From contig JAGZLW010000001.1 of assembly GCA_018364455.1 (NCBI GenBank), positions 23,956 through 87,955 of the forward strand: a DNA stretch of 64,000 nucleotides, written 5' to 3'. Position 1 is the first letter of the stretch; the number at the start of each line of letters is the position of its first letter. Below are positions 1 to 11,777 of the stretch, in pieces. Under the pieces are notes generated by a model. It searched no databases and was not told where the DNA came from. It saw nothing but the letters and a program-made list of their open reading frames with translations. The position numbers were made by a program, and so were the translations under genes. The stretch comes from Streptococcus mitis. GTDB lineage: Bacteria > Bacillota > Bacilli > Lactobacillales > Streptococcaceae.

Positions 1-160
1 TAAATAAAAGTAGGATTGATTCATTGTCAGAAAACTCTCTATATTCAAAATTTTATTTTATTATATCACAATTATAGAAAAAAAGTTAGTTTTGCTTCCA
101 CTTTTGGAATTAAAAACTAACTTTTTCATCTATTTTTCTATATTCTTCTGGATTTTCTGA

Positions 161-1375
161 TTAGAGCAAATTATCAATCAAGTCATCCACTTCATCTTTT
201 TCAGCCTGCGGTGTAATCTCAGTAATCATGATTCCAGCCACAGCTCGCTCAACTAAACCTTCAACATCCATACGTGCTTCATACTGCTCTGCATTCTTAA
301 TCTTAGGATTAGTCTTTGGACGATCTGGCGCAAAAATGGTACAACAGTCTTCAAACGGTTGGATTGAAATGTCAAAGGTATCGATTTCCTGGGCGATGTC
401 AATGATTTCTAACTTGTCCATAGTAACCACAGGACGAATGATGGGAGTGTTGGTCACAGCGTTAATAGCCTGCATACTTTCAAGAGTTTGACTGGCTACT
501 TGACCTAGGCTTTCCCCATTGATGATAACTAAACCATTTCGTACCTCACGAATACGGTCAGTAATACGCATCATAAAACGACGAGTTAGAGTCATCAAGT
601 AAGCTTCTGGCGCTTTAGCCTTGATTTCCTCTTGAATCTCTGTAAAAGGCACTTCGATAAACTGGATATTGCCCCCAAACTTGGTCAATTTACGAGTCAA
701 ATCCTGTGCTTTTTTAAGAGCACCAGGACTGGTGTAAGGTGGGCTGGCAAAATGAACAGCCTCAATATCCACTCCACGTTTCAAAGCAAGATAACCTGCT
801 ACAGGTGAGTCAATCCCTCCCGACAACATAAGCATACCTTTACCTGAAGTTCCAACTGGCAAACCACCGGCCCCACGAATAGTTTCATAAGAAATATAAG
901 CAGCTTCATCACGAATCTCCACCTGAAGATTGATATCAGGATTTTTCATCTGAGCTTGCACATTTGGAATTGCTTCAAAAACAGCTCCTCCAAGCGTTTG
1001 GTTGAGTTCACGACTGTCGAGTTCAAAGTTGTGGTCGCTACGCTTGCTAGAAATCTTAAAGGTCATTCCTTCCTTGTAGATGTCCTGCATAATCTCTTGC
1101 ACAGAAGACTTCAGAACTTCTACAGATTTTTCAACCTTATAAACAGGGGAAAAGTTTTGAATTCCAAAAACTTGTTTGAGCGATTCTGCTACTGCTGTGT
1201 AATCCGCGCCATTGAGGTATGCATGGGCACGATCACGATCTGCGGTTACCTTAACTTGGGGATAGATAGACAAAACGTCTGAAATATTATTGCGAAGTTT
1301 ATTGATGAAACGCATACGGTTTTTGCCCTTGGTTGACAGCTCACCGTAGCGAATCATAATTTCTGAATACTGCAT
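161..1375 (-). CDS. thiI: tRNA 4-thiouridine(8) synthase / sulfurtransferase ThiI
   Basis: 404 aa. N-terminus '[20 protein letters not shown]' and the PP-loop 'SGGIDS' are characteristic of ThiI. It lies next to a cysteine desulfurase gene, as in streptococci. Confidence 0.9.
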   Translation of the reverse strand: MQYSEIMIRYGELSTKGKNRMRFINKLRNNISDVLSIYPQVKVTADRDRAHAYLNGADYTAVAESLKQVFGIQNFSPVYKVEKSVEVLKSSVQEIMQDIYKEGMTFKISSKRSDHNFELDSRELNQTLGGAVFEAIPNVQAQMKNPDINLQVEIRDEAAYISYETIRGAGGLPVGTSGKGMLMLSGGIDSPVAGYLALKRGVDIEAVHFASPPYTSPGALKKAQDLTRKLTKFGGNIQFIEVPFTEIQEEIKAKAPEAYLMTLTRRFMMRITDRIREVRNGLVIINGESLGQVASQTLESMQAINAVTNTPIIRPVVTMDKLEIIDIAQEIDTFDISIQPFEDCCTIFAPDRPKTNPKIKNAEQYEARMDVEGLVERAVAGIMITEITPQAEKDEVDDLIDNLL

Positions 1376-1383
1376 GAATGCTC

Positions 1384-2526
1384 CTATCTTACTTTTCTAG
1401 TTTGATTGTAAATCAATTTTAACTTGGTCAAAAACTGCTCGACCTGACTCATATCATTTTCAAGGTCTAGACTAAGACGCACAGCTGACTGAGCTTTATT
1501 CTTGTCCACTCCCATGGCAATCAGGGTTCCGGCTGGTTTTCCTGCCTTAGATGAACAAGCTGAGGTCGTTGAGATGAAAATATCATAGTCTTCAAAAGCG
1601 TGAACAATAACCTCACCACGAACACCTTTGATTCCAAAAGTCAGGATATGAGGGGCAAAGTCTTCCTCATCTGAAAAGACAAAAATATCTGGATAGTCCA
1701 GAAGTGCTTGACGAATCACTGCCTTCATCTGCCCAGTCTTGCTTGTAAAGAAATCTAGCTTTTCCATAGACAAACGGAGGGCCTTAGCTGTTGCTGCAAT
1801 CCCTGCTACATTTTCAGTTGTCGAACGGTAATCACGCTCCTGACCACCACCAGTCAACAGTGGCGTAATTTTCTTACCAGACTTGATATAGATAAAACCA
1901 ACACCACGAACTCCGTGGAACTTGTGACTAGAAAAAGTCGCGAAATCCACTCGTTCTGTCAGATACTTTTCAGTCGGAATCTTGGCAAGTGCCTGAACCG
2001 CATCAACGTGGAAGGAAATAGTCGGTTTGTCTGCCAATAGTTTTGAAATAGCCTCAATGGGCTGGATAGAACCGATTTCATTGTTAACTGCCATGATGGA
2101 AACGAGGGTCGTATCTGGTCGTATCAAATCTGCTAGCGCCTCAACATCCACAAATCCTTTCTCATTAACTGGAGCAAAATCCACTTCAAAACCTTGAGAT
2201 GTCAACCAAAGAGCTGATTCCTTGACTGCTGGATGTTCAATGGCTGATACGATGATGTGCTTGCCAAACTGGGCTTTTTCAAAGGCCACACCCTTGATGA
2301 CCCAGTTATCTCCTTCTGTCCCACCAGATGTAAAGAAGATTTCATCACTTTTCTTACCGATTAAATCTGCAATCTGTTGACGGGAAGCATCTAAAATTCG
2401 TGTTGCCTGGTCTCCCAAACGATGGAGACTAGATGGATTTCCTAAAATTTTTGAAGCGACCTGCATATAAGTTTCAAGTGCTTCAGGATAGGGCTTAGTC
2501 GTCGCCGAATTATCAAAGTAAATCAT
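1384..2526 (-). CDS. cysteine desulfurase (NifS/IscS class V aminotransferase family)
   Basis: 380 aa. 'FDNSATTKP' N-terminus, the '[12 protein letters not shown]' PLP-lysine region and the 'TTSACSS' active-site Cys loop are present. It sits directly upstream of thiI. Confidence 0.85.
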   Translation of the reverse strand: MIYFDNSATTKPYPEALETYMQVASKILGNPSSLHRLGDQATRILDASRQQIADLIGKKSDEIFFTSGGTEGDNWVIKGVAFEKAQFGKHIIVSAIEHPAVKESALWLTSQGFEVDFAPVNEKGFVDVEALADLIRPDTTLVSIMAVNNEIGSIQPIEAISKLLADKPTISFHVDAVQALAKIPTEKYLTERVDFATFSSHKFHGVRGVGFIYIKSGKKITPLLTGGGQERDYRSTTENVAGIAATAKALRLSMEKLDFFTSKTGQMKAVIRQALLDYPDIFVFSDEEDFAPHILTFGIKGVRGEVIVHAFEDYDIFISTTSACSSKAGKPAGTLIAMGVDKNKAQSAVRLSLDLENDMSQVEQFLTKLKLIYNQTRKVR

Positions 2527-2664
2527 GTTTTCTCACGCTTTCTAAAATCACTCCTTCTATTGTATCATGAAACGGAGCTTGCGACAAGAAAGGGCAATTC
2601 CTCTTTTTTTAAGATTTTTTTAAAGAAATGCGGTATAATAAATTTTAATTAAAGGAGAGAATGT

Positions 2665-3096
2665 ATGTCTAATTATCGTAGAACTTCAAAACCAAAAACA
2701 GAACACATCAAAAAAGGCTTTACAGTCTTTCAAAAAACCGTTGCTACAATCGCTAGTATCCTTGGCTTGATTACCGCAAGTATCACTATCATGAACGCCT
2801 TGGATAATAACAAAAATACTAAAAAAGAACCTACGACAAGCCAGACGACAACTATTGTCAAAGAAATTCAAAAAGAATCCCCTAAGGAAAATACTAGTCC
2901 CAATAAGGAAAATCACACCACTCAAGAAAAAACACAACAAGAAGAAACGCCAAAATCTAGCGTCAAGGAAGAGAAAAAAGAAGAGCAGAAAACAGCAACT
3001 CAGGATTCTTCTACTCCTACTCCAAGTAAACCTGCTACTGAAAACGAAAAACAGGTCAATCCGCCAACTTCAGAAAATAAAAGCAATCCTCAGTAA
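2665..3096 (+). CDS. hypothetical bitopic membrane protein with a disordered Thr/Glu/Lys/Pro-rich extracytoplasmic tail
   Basis: 143 aa. Basic N-terminus, a single predicted TM (ATIASILGLITASITIM), then a low-complexity T/E/K/P/Q/S tail. No recognisable domain. Confidence 0.45.
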   Translation: MSNYRRTSKPKTEHIKKGFTVFQKTVATIASILGLITASITIMNALDNNKNTKKEPTTSQTTTIVKEIQKESPKENTSPNKENHTTQEKTQQEETPKSSVKEEKKEEQKTATQDSSTPTPSKPATENEKQVNPPTSENKSNPQ

Positions 3097-3473
3097 GCAC
3101 ATGATCTAAGAAAAAATCAACTCAAAAAATAAAACTGCGCAGTAACTTCTGTCTTGACCACAATCAAGCTAAAGAGAGACTGTGTTTTTGTATAATTGAT
3201 GTTTTAGATGCTAGATTCTTGACCAATTTTGTGAGATTCATACTCATAAAGATGAATCCTAGCGATGTTATGACAGTTTATTTATTTCTAACATAAACTC
3301 TGCACATGCCAAAAATACTCTCTCATCTGCCCCAAAAGGGAAAATATCCATTTTCTGTTTGACATAAATTCAAAAGCCTTCTTCACGCAGAAGTTAGTAA
3401 CCCTTTTACATCTGACATAAATAACCTAGTTCAACCACTTCATAGGCATTACTTCCTGTTCTATTCTTATTTC

Positions 3474-3623
3474 ATACTCTTCGAAAATCTCTTCAAACCA
3501 CGTCAGCATCGCCTTACCGTATATCTGTGACTGACTTCGTCAGTCTTAGCTACAACCTCAAAACAGTGTTTTGAGCAGCTTGTGGCTAGCTTCCTAGTTT
3601 GTTCTTTGATTTTCATTGAGTAT
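3474..3623 (+). repeat. BOX element (boxA-boxB-boxC)
   Basis: 'atactcttcgaaaatctcttcaaaccacgtcagc...' (boxA), 'tacaacctcaaaacagtgttttgagcagc' (boxB), 'ttcctagtttgttctttgattttcattgagtat' (boxC). Near-identical copies occur at 6121, 37104 and 47788. Confidence 0.85.
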
Positions 3624-3645
3624 CAATTATAAACCATGGCATAAT

Positions 3646-3690
3646 AAAACGAGCATATCCAACTGATACATCGCTCGTTTTTTTTTTTGC
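3646..3690 (-). terminator. hairpin followed by a T/A run downstream of the GDPD-domain gene (works in either direction)
   Basis: 'aacgagc...gctcgtt' inverted repeat followed by an 11-nt T-run. The loop is long (18 nt), so confidence is moderate. Confidence 0.4.
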
Positions 3691-3730
3691 TATTTTAGAG
3701 GTGATTTTTTGCTCAACCTCTTTTTGCTTA

Positions 3731-5500
3731 CTAAAAATTAAAGAATTCCATAGCCTGTTTGAAAAGCAATTCAGTATACTCTGGGTCTTCTTGGGCAATG
3801 GTAACCTGATCTTGAATCATTTCCAAGTCATCCGTTATCATGCCATCAGCTCCCAAATGAACTGATTTATCAAAGGACTCTGAACTATTAATTGTCCAAA
3901 CATACAATTTCTGATCGGTATTCCAAAGCTTGTTGACAAAATTTTCATCCAAAGTTGAATACTCCATGGTATAACCTGTAGCCTTGGTTCTTGGAAAGAT
4001 ACTATTGTAAGGTAGAATGAAATAAACTGGAATTTGTGAGTCATAGGCCAACACCTGGTCAATCACATGGTAGTCTAAGGACTGCATTTGGTGACCATTC
4101 TGCTTAAGAACCGTTCCATATTTTTCCATAAAGCGTTTCATCATATCTGGACTATCTTTTCGACTGGTTTTAATTTCAATAAGGAGTTTCTGATGCAATT
4201 CATTGGCTTTGTTAAGGTAGTCATCAAAACTAGATACCTTGGTATGATAGCTATTTTCTGAAATATCAAGTTTGGTTAATTCTTCCAAAGTTAGATCCTG
4301 AGGATTGGCATTAACTCCTGTCAAATTCTTGACATTAGCATCATGCATCATGACAAACTGGCCATCTTTCGTTTCCTGAACATCTGTCTCAACGAAATCT
4401 GGAGATAACTGAGCGGTTTTTTCTAGTGATTGGACGGTATTTTGTACACCATTCTTATTGGATACTCCCCTGTGAGAGATAATCAAAGGTTTATTGGCAA
4501 CTGGAGCTTCTAAATAAACATAACCCTCAAGAGTGAAAAAGATACAAGCACATCCCATCACTCCCCATCTCATCCAGTGGTCTTTCTTTCTCCTTGGTGT
4601 GATTTCTAGTTCCTCCCCTGTCAAAAAGGAAACAAACTTAATGAGAAAGTAAGTCAAGGCCATATAGTGGAAATTCTTAATCAAGACAAAGTTGATCATT
4701 CCCAGCACAAGAGATTCCCTGTGGGTCAAACCATCCATCAGTGTCTGACTTGCCAAGATTGGAATCAATAAAAGAATGAAAAATAGGTACGTTTTGACGA
4801 TAATCCAAAGCAAGTTCCAGATATAAAACCAGGAGTGCTTTCTTGTCTTCTCTAGACTGTATCTGACTGCTTCTTTGACTGTTTTTTTCTCAAATAAAAG
4901 CTGGGGTAGGGCAAACATCAAACGTATTGAAATGTAGAACAGCAACAAGGCTAGAACAGTGATTACCAAACCGACCAACCAGTACTTATCTTCTATATAG
5001 GCTACTATGAATTCCGGAATGACAATTTTATTGAGGTAATAAATCTTTAAAATCTTTCGAATCAATGGAAAGAGCATCATGACATAAAAGAAGATAAAGG
5101 CCATTTTGGAAATCGTCACTTGCCTCATAAACAAGAAACTTTGACGAAAGACCTTGCGACTGTACTCCAGCAAGGTCCTCCTTTCGTGATAGAGGAGGTG
5201 TCGAGCTCCGATAAAGAGAAGTCCTATCTGGTAATAGGCGATCAGTAAATTAACAATTACCAGAACAAATAAAGCAAGACTAACAAATGGCGACCCTTTT
5301 ATAATGGCAAAAATATTGTTGTATGAAAGAAAGAGATAACCTGTCTGACGGAGTAAAAGTCCAGCAATCCAAGAATTAAGTGGTAACCAGACAAACTCAA
5401 TCATCATGAATATCAAGAAAAAGAGAAAGAGAATTTTATCTAGATTAAAGTAGATTTTCCTAAAACCTAGATTTTTAGGTTTTTCAGGTTTCATAGGCAC
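3731..5500 (-). CDS. membrane protein with C-terminal glycerophosphodiester phosphodiesterase (GDPD) domain
   Basis: 589 aa. About 8 N-terminal TM helices. The C-terminal 'ISHRGVS...ETDVQETKDG' region matches the GDPD catalytic HR...E.D pattern. Confidence 0.7.
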   Translation of the reverse strand: MPMKPEKPKNLGFRKIYFNLDKILFLFFLIFMMIEFVWLPLNSWIAGLLLRQTGYLFLSYNNIFAIIKGSPFVSLALFVLVIVNLLIAYYQIGLLFIGARHLLYHERRTLLEYSRKVFRQSFLFMRQVTISKMAFIFFYVMMLFPLIRKILKIYYLNKIVIPEFIVAYIEDKYWLVGLVITVLALLLFYISIRLMFALPQLLFEKKTVKEAVRYSLEKTRKHSWFYIWNLLWIIVKTYLFFILLLIPILASQTLMDGLTHRESLVLGMINFVLIKNFHYMALTYFLIKFVSFLTGEELEITPRRKKDHWMRWGVMGCACIFFTLEGYVYLEAPVANKPLIISHRGVSNKNGVQNTVQSLEKTAQLSPDFVETDVQETKDGQFVMMHDANVKNLTGVNANPQDLTLEELTKLDISENSYHTKVSSFDDYLNKANELHQKLLIEIKTSRKDSPDMMKRFMEKYGTVLKQNGHQMQSLDYHVIDQVLAYDSQIPVYFILPYNSIFPRTKATGYTMEYSTLDENFVNKLWNTDQKLYVWTINSSESFDKSVHLGADGMITDDLEMIQDQVTIAQEDPEYTELLFKQAMEFFNF

Positions 5501-5502
5501 TC

Positions 5503-6093
5503 CTAGTCAAATAATTGAGACAAGTCCAAGCCTCCAAAAGGATTGTTTGAAAGACTGCTTTCTGTCCCTAATAATTCTCTAGCTTGATCCGACTCTAGGA
5601 AGGACTCGTAAACACGCGCTGTCATACGAGCATCCTCTAAGCTATTATGAGACTGACCTTGAAATCCGAGAAATGAGGCAACAGTTTGCAATTTGAGATT
5701 GGCAATACCATGTAAATCCGAACTCCGACGTTCAAAAGCTTCATCATACAAATCCACCTTATACTGCTGGCTATAGTCTAAACCATGCTCTGCTAGAATA
5801 GGCAAATCACTTTTAGCAGCATTGTATCCAACCATGGGTAAAGAACCCACAAAAGTTTGGAATTCTTCTAAGACTTTCTCCACTGGTGGAGCATCTTTTA
5901 AGGTCTCAGCTGTAATCCCTGTCAAACCATTGATAAAACTCTTTAGAGGCACACTAGTATGGACATAGGAATCATAGGCATCGATTTCCTGACCATCTCT
6001 AAAACGCACTGCCGATACTTGAATCAAGTGTGTTTGTCCTTCGTGCTGATTAAATTCTAAATCGAAAGCAATGTAATCTTCTAATCGTTCCAT
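5503..6093 (-). CDS. DEDDh 3'-5' exonuclease (DnaQ/epsilon-like)
   Basis: 196 aa. 'IAFDLEFN' Exo I motif and 'HNSLEDARMTARV' Exo III (H...D) motif are present. Confidence 0.75.
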   Translation of the reverse strand: MERLEDYIAFDLEFNQHEGQTHLIQVSAVRFRDGQEIDAYDSYVHTSVPLKSFINGLTGITAETLKDAPPVEKVLEEFQTFVGSLPMVGYNAAKSDLPILAEHGLDYSQQYKVDLYDEAFERRSSDLHGIANLKLQTVASFLGFQGQSHNSLEDARMTARVYESFLESDQARELLGTESSLSNNPFGGLDLSQLFD

Positions 6094-6120
6094 TCTATAC
6101 CTCTCCTATACTGTTATTTT

Positions 6121-6272
6121 ATACTCTTCGAAAATCTCTTCAAACCGCGTCAGCTTCGCCTTGCCGTAGATATATGTAACTGACTTCGTCAGTCTTATCT
6201 ACAACCTCAAAGCAGTGCTTTGAGCAGCCTGCGGCTAGCTTCCTAGTTTGCTATTTGATTTTCATTGAGTAT
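6121..6272 (+). repeat. BOX element (boxA-boxB-boxC)
   Basis: Second copy, in the same orientation as the 3474 copy. It lies in the intergenic region between the exonuclease and DUF536-like genes. Confidence 0.85.
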
Positions 6273-6349
6273 TAATTGAGCAACTATACTATTTAGATTA
6301 GAAATAAAAGAAGCCATCAGGTTAGCATGTAACCTAAACAGCTCCTTGA

Positions 6350-6841
6350 TTATCCTCCAAATAAACGAGCAAAAAAGCCTTTCTTAGTGGATTGGACTTC
6401 TTCTTTTGCTTGGTCCAGCTCTAGCTTAAGATTTTCTTGATCCTTCATGGCTTGAAGAGTCAATTGTTGCTGCTGATCAAGTTGTTTGTCTTTCTCAGCA
6501 ATCTGACGGTCTTTGATGCGCATCTGCTCGTCTTTTTCTGATAACTGACGATCCTTGGCTTTTAATTGTTCATAGAGACGAAGAATTTCTGCATTCTTCT
6601 CATCAACCAGAATCTCCATCAGTTCACGTTGCTTGACATCTTCACTGACAGGCTCATCTTCAAAAATCGTTTTTTTATAGATTTCTTCTAGCTTAATCAA
6701 GCCACTTCTGGTAACGACTGTTACCCCTTTGTCATTTTTATCTGTGTCTTCTTCTGGTAATTCTTTGACACGGTTATTGATTGCTTGGCGAGATAATCCT
6801 AAGACCTCTGCAATCTCACTGACGGTCATTTCAATACTCAT
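6350..6841 (-). CDS. HTH-domain protein with long C-terminal coiled coil (DUF536-like)
   Basis: 163 aa. N-terminal 'TVSEIAEVLGLSRQAINNRVKEL' helix-turn-helix. The C-terminus is K/E/Q/D-rich heptad-like ('RQLSEKDEQMRIKDRQIAEKDKQLDQQQQL'). Confidence 0.55.
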   Translation of the reverse strand: MSIEMTVSEIAEVLGLSRQAINNRVKELPEEDTDKNDKGVTVVTRSGLIKLEEIYKKTIFEDEPVSEDVKQRELMEILVDEKNAEILRLYEQLKAKDRQLSEKDEQMRIKDRQIAEKDKQLDQQQQLTLQAMKDQENLKLELDQAKEEVQSTKKGFFARLFGG

Positions 6842-6917
6842 AATATCCTCTGAAACGTTTTCTAGCTTTTCTTTACTTAAATCTTATCATAAGCTAGAAA
6901 AACTGTCAAATTTTCGC

Positions 6918-7610
6918 TTAATTTAAGGCCTTCAAAAAGGCTAATAAGACTTGAGCAGAGCGACGTCCAGCTTCGATAATAAACTCATCAAAAGAGATGT
7001 TTGCTTCATGGTTGGCATTATCACTCATAGCTCGAATGACTAAAACTGGAAGATTAAGGGCATGCGCTGCCTGAGCAATAGCTGCCCCCTCCATCTCAAC
7101 AGCCAAAACATCTAGAAAATGGGACTTAATCGCTTCTATCTTGTCATTTCCTGCAACAAAACTATCTCCTGTAGCAATCAAACCAAGATGCCAGTTCTGA
7201 TCCAATTGAGATAGACTCTCTTGAATTTTGGCAACAAAGGTTTTATCTGATTCGAAATACAGCGGTTGTTGCGCCATTTGTCCATAAGCATAGCCAAAAG
7301 CTGTAACATCCACGTCATGATAGGCTAATTTGTCAGCAATCACGACATCCCCAACAGCAATACCTTCTGCTACTGCCCCAGCTGATCCCGTATTAATAAG
7401 AGCATCCACTTGGAAATGATCAGCTAAAATCGCCACACTCATAGCAGACATCACCTTACCAATTCCACTTTCTACAAGAACGACTTCATGAGAGGCAATG
7501 GTTCCTGTGTGATAGGTATTGCCTAAAACAACTTGCTCTTGGGCATTGTCTAGATGCTGGACCAGATAAGCCAGTTCTTCTGGCATAGCCGCAATAATTC
7601 CAATTTTCAT
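6918..7610 (-). CDS. mtnN: 5'-methylthioadenosine/S-adenosylhomocysteine nucleosidase
   Basis: 230 aa. 'MKIGIIAAMPEE' start and the 'ETGIGKV'/'GSAG' PNP-UDP motifs are present. Confidence 0.9.
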   Translation of the reverse strand: MKIGIIAAMPEELAYLVQHLDNAQEQVVLGNTYHTGTIASHEVVLVESGIGKVMSAMSVAILADHFQVDALINTGSAGAVAEGIAVGDVVIADKLAYHDVDVTAFGYAYGQMAQQPLYFESDKTFVAKIQESLSQLDQNWHLGLIATGDSFVAGNDKIEAIKSHFLDVLAVEMEGAAIAQAAHALNLPVLVIRAMSDNANHEANISFDEFIIEAGRRSAQVLLAFLKALN

Positions 7611-7626
7611 TTCAATTCCTTTTCTA

Positions 7627-7938
7627 TTACAAAAGTTTCATTGCTAAGACAAGCAAGATCAAGAGAAAGATGACTGCAAATAAAATCTTATTTAATTTAG
7701 AATTGAAGACATTTCTCTTGGTATTTTCAATGCGACGGCTTTTATGAATAGACGGTTCGACCTGAATCTTCAAGGTTTCTTGGCTAAAGCCATGATCCTT
7801 AGGATTGGCATAACCAAAACGGGAAGAAGAGGTTGGTAAAATCTTGGTCTCCTCATCATCTAGCAAAGGGGGACCCGAAATTTTTTCGCCTCTATTAGCT
7901 CTTTCAATCATTTCATCCGTTAATAAAGGTTTACCCAT
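7627..7938 (-). CDS. small C-tail-anchored membrane protein, unknown function
   Basis: The track ORF is 114 aa. A strong RBS ('agaggagg') precedes the internal Met12, giving 103 aa and removing the overlap with the upstream NUDIX gene. It has a single C-terminal TM '[16 protein letters not shown]'. Confidence 0.5.
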   Translation of the reverse strand: MGKPLLTDEMIERANRGEKISGPPLLDDEETKILPTSSSRFGYANPKDHGFSQETLKIQVEPSIHKSRRIENTKRNVFNSKLNKILFAVIFLLILLVLAMKLL

Positions 7939-7949
7939 ACTGACCTCCT

Positions 7950-8495
7950 CTATTTTTTGTTCAATTCCCAATACTGAACAGCCATAATTGTCTTGGCATC
8001 ACAGATATGACCTGATTGGATTAATTCCTTTGCTTCTTCTAAGTTCACTTCAAGGACTTCCAAGGTCTCGTCTTCATCCTGCGGACGTGGATTTTCCACT
8101 TTTGTCAAATCGCTTGCTAGATATAGTTTTAACTTTTCATTACAAAAGCCAATGGCTGAATAAAAGTCATACAAGAGTTCTAATTTCCCTGTATAGGCTG
8201 TTTCTTCCTCTAATTCACGCAGAGCTGCTGCGACAGGGTCTGTATTTTCTCCTACTTCCAGTTTTCCGGCTGGAATTTCGTAAGAGACTGCCTCAATGGC
8301 TTTGCGGTACTGCTTGACCAAGATGAGTTTTTGTTCATCCGTTACTGCTAAAACACAGACAGCCCCATTGTGGAAAATCAAATCCCGTTGGGCAACTCCT
8401 TTGCCTTCTGGTAATTCAACCTGGTCTTGAACTAGTTTAAATATTAGTCCTTGATAGATTTCTTTTCGACTAAGCGTTTTTTCTTCAAATTCCAT
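7950..8495 (-). CDS. NUDIX hydrolase (ADP-ribose pyrophosphatase-like)
   Basis: 181 aa. Nudix box '[25 protein letters not shown]' is present. Confidence 0.85.
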   Translation of the reverse strand: MEFEEKTLSRKEIYQGLIFKLVQDQVELPEGKGVAQRDLIFHNGAVCVLAVTDEQKLILVKQYRKAIEAVSYEIPAGKLEVGENTDPVAAALRELEEETAYTGKLELLYDFYSAIGFCNEKLKLYLASDLTKVENPRPQDEDETLEVLEVNLEEAKELIQSGHICDAKTIMAVQYWELNKK

Positions 8496-8504
8496 GACAA
8501 ACTC

Positions 8505-9899
<1,395 letters not shown>

Positions 9900-10039
9900 C
9901 TAGAAATTCCCTTTTATTATACCATATTTCAAATCATTCCGCGCCCTTGAATGAAAAAATGCTCCCAAGTCCTTTCCTTAACCCATTTTTTGAGTATTTT
10001 TTTTGATTTTTTCTCATTTTTAAGGTAAAATTATGAGAT

Positions 10040-10840
10040 ATGAGAAAGAAAATTAATCCGCTTATTTTATTTGGTTTTTTTGGGATTATGATTTTCATTT
10101 TAATCCTGAATCGCCCTCGTTTTGAGGACCATCCTGTAAAAACAAAGTCAAATATCGCGCAAGTAGAAACACAAGCGCTACACAATATAGATAAACCGGT
10201 AATTGATGTTTCTGGTTGGCAGCGTCCTGAGGAAATCAATTACGATACTCTCTCCCAAAACATTTCTGGAGCTATTGTTCGCGTCCATAGTGGCGCTCAA
10301 ACGTCCAAAGAGAACGATGCTGCCTTTGTTAATGGGGTAGATAAGGCCTTTAAAACCCATATCACGGAGTTTCAAAAACGAAATGTCCCAGTTGGTGTCT
10401 ATGCTTATTTAGCTGGAAAAAGTGTCCAAGAAATGGAAAAAGCCGCTGAAGTTTTTTATAACGCCTCTTCACCATACAGCCCTAGTTACTATTGGCTAGA
10501 CGTGGAAGAAAAAACCATGTCCAATATGAACGAGGGTGTTGAAGCCTTTCGAGCAAAGCTAGAATCACTTGGTGCTAAAAACATCGGAATCTACGTTGGT
10601 GTATACTTCATGGAAGAACACAGTATTGATACAGGCAAATTTACGTCTGTTTGGATTCCTTCCTATGGTTCAAATACTGGATTTTTCGAAAGCAAACCTA
10701 ATACGGACTTAGATTACGACATCCACCAATACACATCTAAAGGAAAAATTGCTGGCTTTGACCACGATTTAGATATCAACGTCATCTCTTCCTTAAAAAA
10801 CAAAGAAGAAACCTTTAGAAAACTCTTTTTAAAACCTTAA
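10040..10840 (+). CDS. GH25-family muramidase-like protein, membrane anchored
   Basis: 266 aa. N-terminal TM, then 'IDVSGWQ', 'LDVEE' and 'WIPSYG' stretches consistent with the GH25 lysozyme fold. Confidence 0.65.
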   Translation: MRKKINPLILFGFFGIMIFILILNRPRFEDHPVKTKSNIAQVETQALHNIDKPVIDVSGWQRPEEINYDTLSQNISGAIVRVHSGAQTSKENDAAFVNGVDKAFKTHITEFQKRNVPVGVYAYLAGKSVQEMEKAAEVFYNASSPYSPSYYWLDVEEKTMSNMNEGVEAFRAKLESLGAKNIGIYVGVYFMEEHSIDTGKFTSVWIPSYGSNTGFFESKPNTDLDYDIHQYTSKGKIAGFDHDLDINVISSLKNKEETFRKLFLKP

Positions 10841-10934
10841 AAGCATTTGTTTAGCATTTGCTTTTTCTTTTTGTGTTTGATTGTGATACAATATAATAAG
10901 GATTTTTTGAAATAGAAATAGTTGGAGGAAAAAT

Positions 10935-11777
10935 ATGCTCTCATGGTTAGCACGCTTTATTAAAGGGATTGTGATTGCTCTTGGATTTATCCTACCGGGA
11001 ATTTCCGGAGGGGTTCTAGCAGCAATCTTAGGCATTTACGAACGGATGATTGGCTTTCTGGCCCATCCCTTTAAAGACTTTAAAGAAAATGTTTTGTACT
11101 TTATTCCAGTTGCCATCGGTATGCTTCTGGGAATCGGCTTATTTTCCTACCCGATTGAATACCTGCTTGAAAATTATCAGGTCTTTGTCTTATGGAGCTT
11201 TGCGGGTGCCATCATTGGTACAGTTCCTAGCCTTCTCAAAGAATCAACTCGAGAATCTGACCGAGACAAGATTGATTTAGCTTGGTTCTGGGCAACCTTT
11301 ATCATTTCTGGATTAGGACTCTATGCCTTAAATTTTGTTGTTGGAACCTTAAGTGCCAGCTTTCTTAGTTTCGTCCTAGCTGGTGCACTGCTGGCTCTTG
11401 GCGTATTAGTTCCTGGCCTCAGTCCATCAAATCTACTTTTGATTTTGGGCCTCTATGCTCCTATGCTGACAGGTTTTAAAACCTTTGACCTATTGGGAAC
11501 TTTCTTCCCGATTGGAATCGGAGCAGGTGCAACTCTCATCATTTTTTCAAAATTAATGGATTATGCCTTAAATAACTACCACTCACGCGTCTACCATTTC
11601 ATCATCGGTATTGTCCTATCAAGTACTCTTTTGATCTTGATTCCAAATGCAGGAAACGCGGAAAGTATCCAATACACTGGCCTTTCTCTTGTTGGGTATG
11701 TCATCATCGCCTTCTTCTTTGCACTGGGAATCTGGCTTGGTATTTGGATGAGCCAATTGGAGGATAAGTATAAATAA
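10935..11777 (+). CDS. DUF368 family polytopic membrane protein (putative polyprenyl-phosphate transporter family)
   Basis: 280 aa with about 8 TM helices. Two 'PGIS(G/P)' repeats ('LPGISGG', 'PGLSPSN') are typical of the duplicated DUF368 core. Confidence 0.55.
   Translation: MLSWLARFIKGIVIALGFILPGISGGVLAAILGIYERMIGFLAHPFKDFKENVLYFIPVAIGMLLGIGLFSYPIEYLLENYQVFVLWSFAGAIIGTVPSLLKESTRESDRDKIDLAWFWATFIISGLGLYALNFVVGTLSASFLSFVLAGALLALGVLVPGLSPSNLLLILGLYAPMLTGFKTFDLLGTFFPIGIGAGATLIIFSKLMDYALNNYHSRVYHFIIGIVLSSTLLILIPNAGNAESIQYTGLSLVGYVIIAFFFALGIWLGIWMSQLEDKYK

Noticed and set aside
228-491. 87-aa plus-strand ORF inside thiI (also 956..1282 inside thiI)
   Set aside because: Entirely antisense to a well-supported ThiI gene, with no RBS or homology. 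Typical shadow ORF.
2686-3109. ORFs 2686..2940 (-) and 2855..3109 (+) overlapping the 143-aa hypothetical
   Set aside because: Alternative frames of a low-complexity A/G-rich coding stretch. The 2665..3096 frame has a start, RBS and TM architecture.
3613-4062. 61-aa and 74-aa minus ORFs overlapping the 3' end of the GDPD gene and its terminator
   Set aside because: They overlap the longer, domain-bearing ORF in other frames and extend into a BOX/terminator region.
10841-10870. Apparent hairpin 'aagcatttgtttagcatttgctt' after the GH25 gene
   Set aside because: The repeats are direct (gcatttg twice), not inverted. At best a weak terminator.
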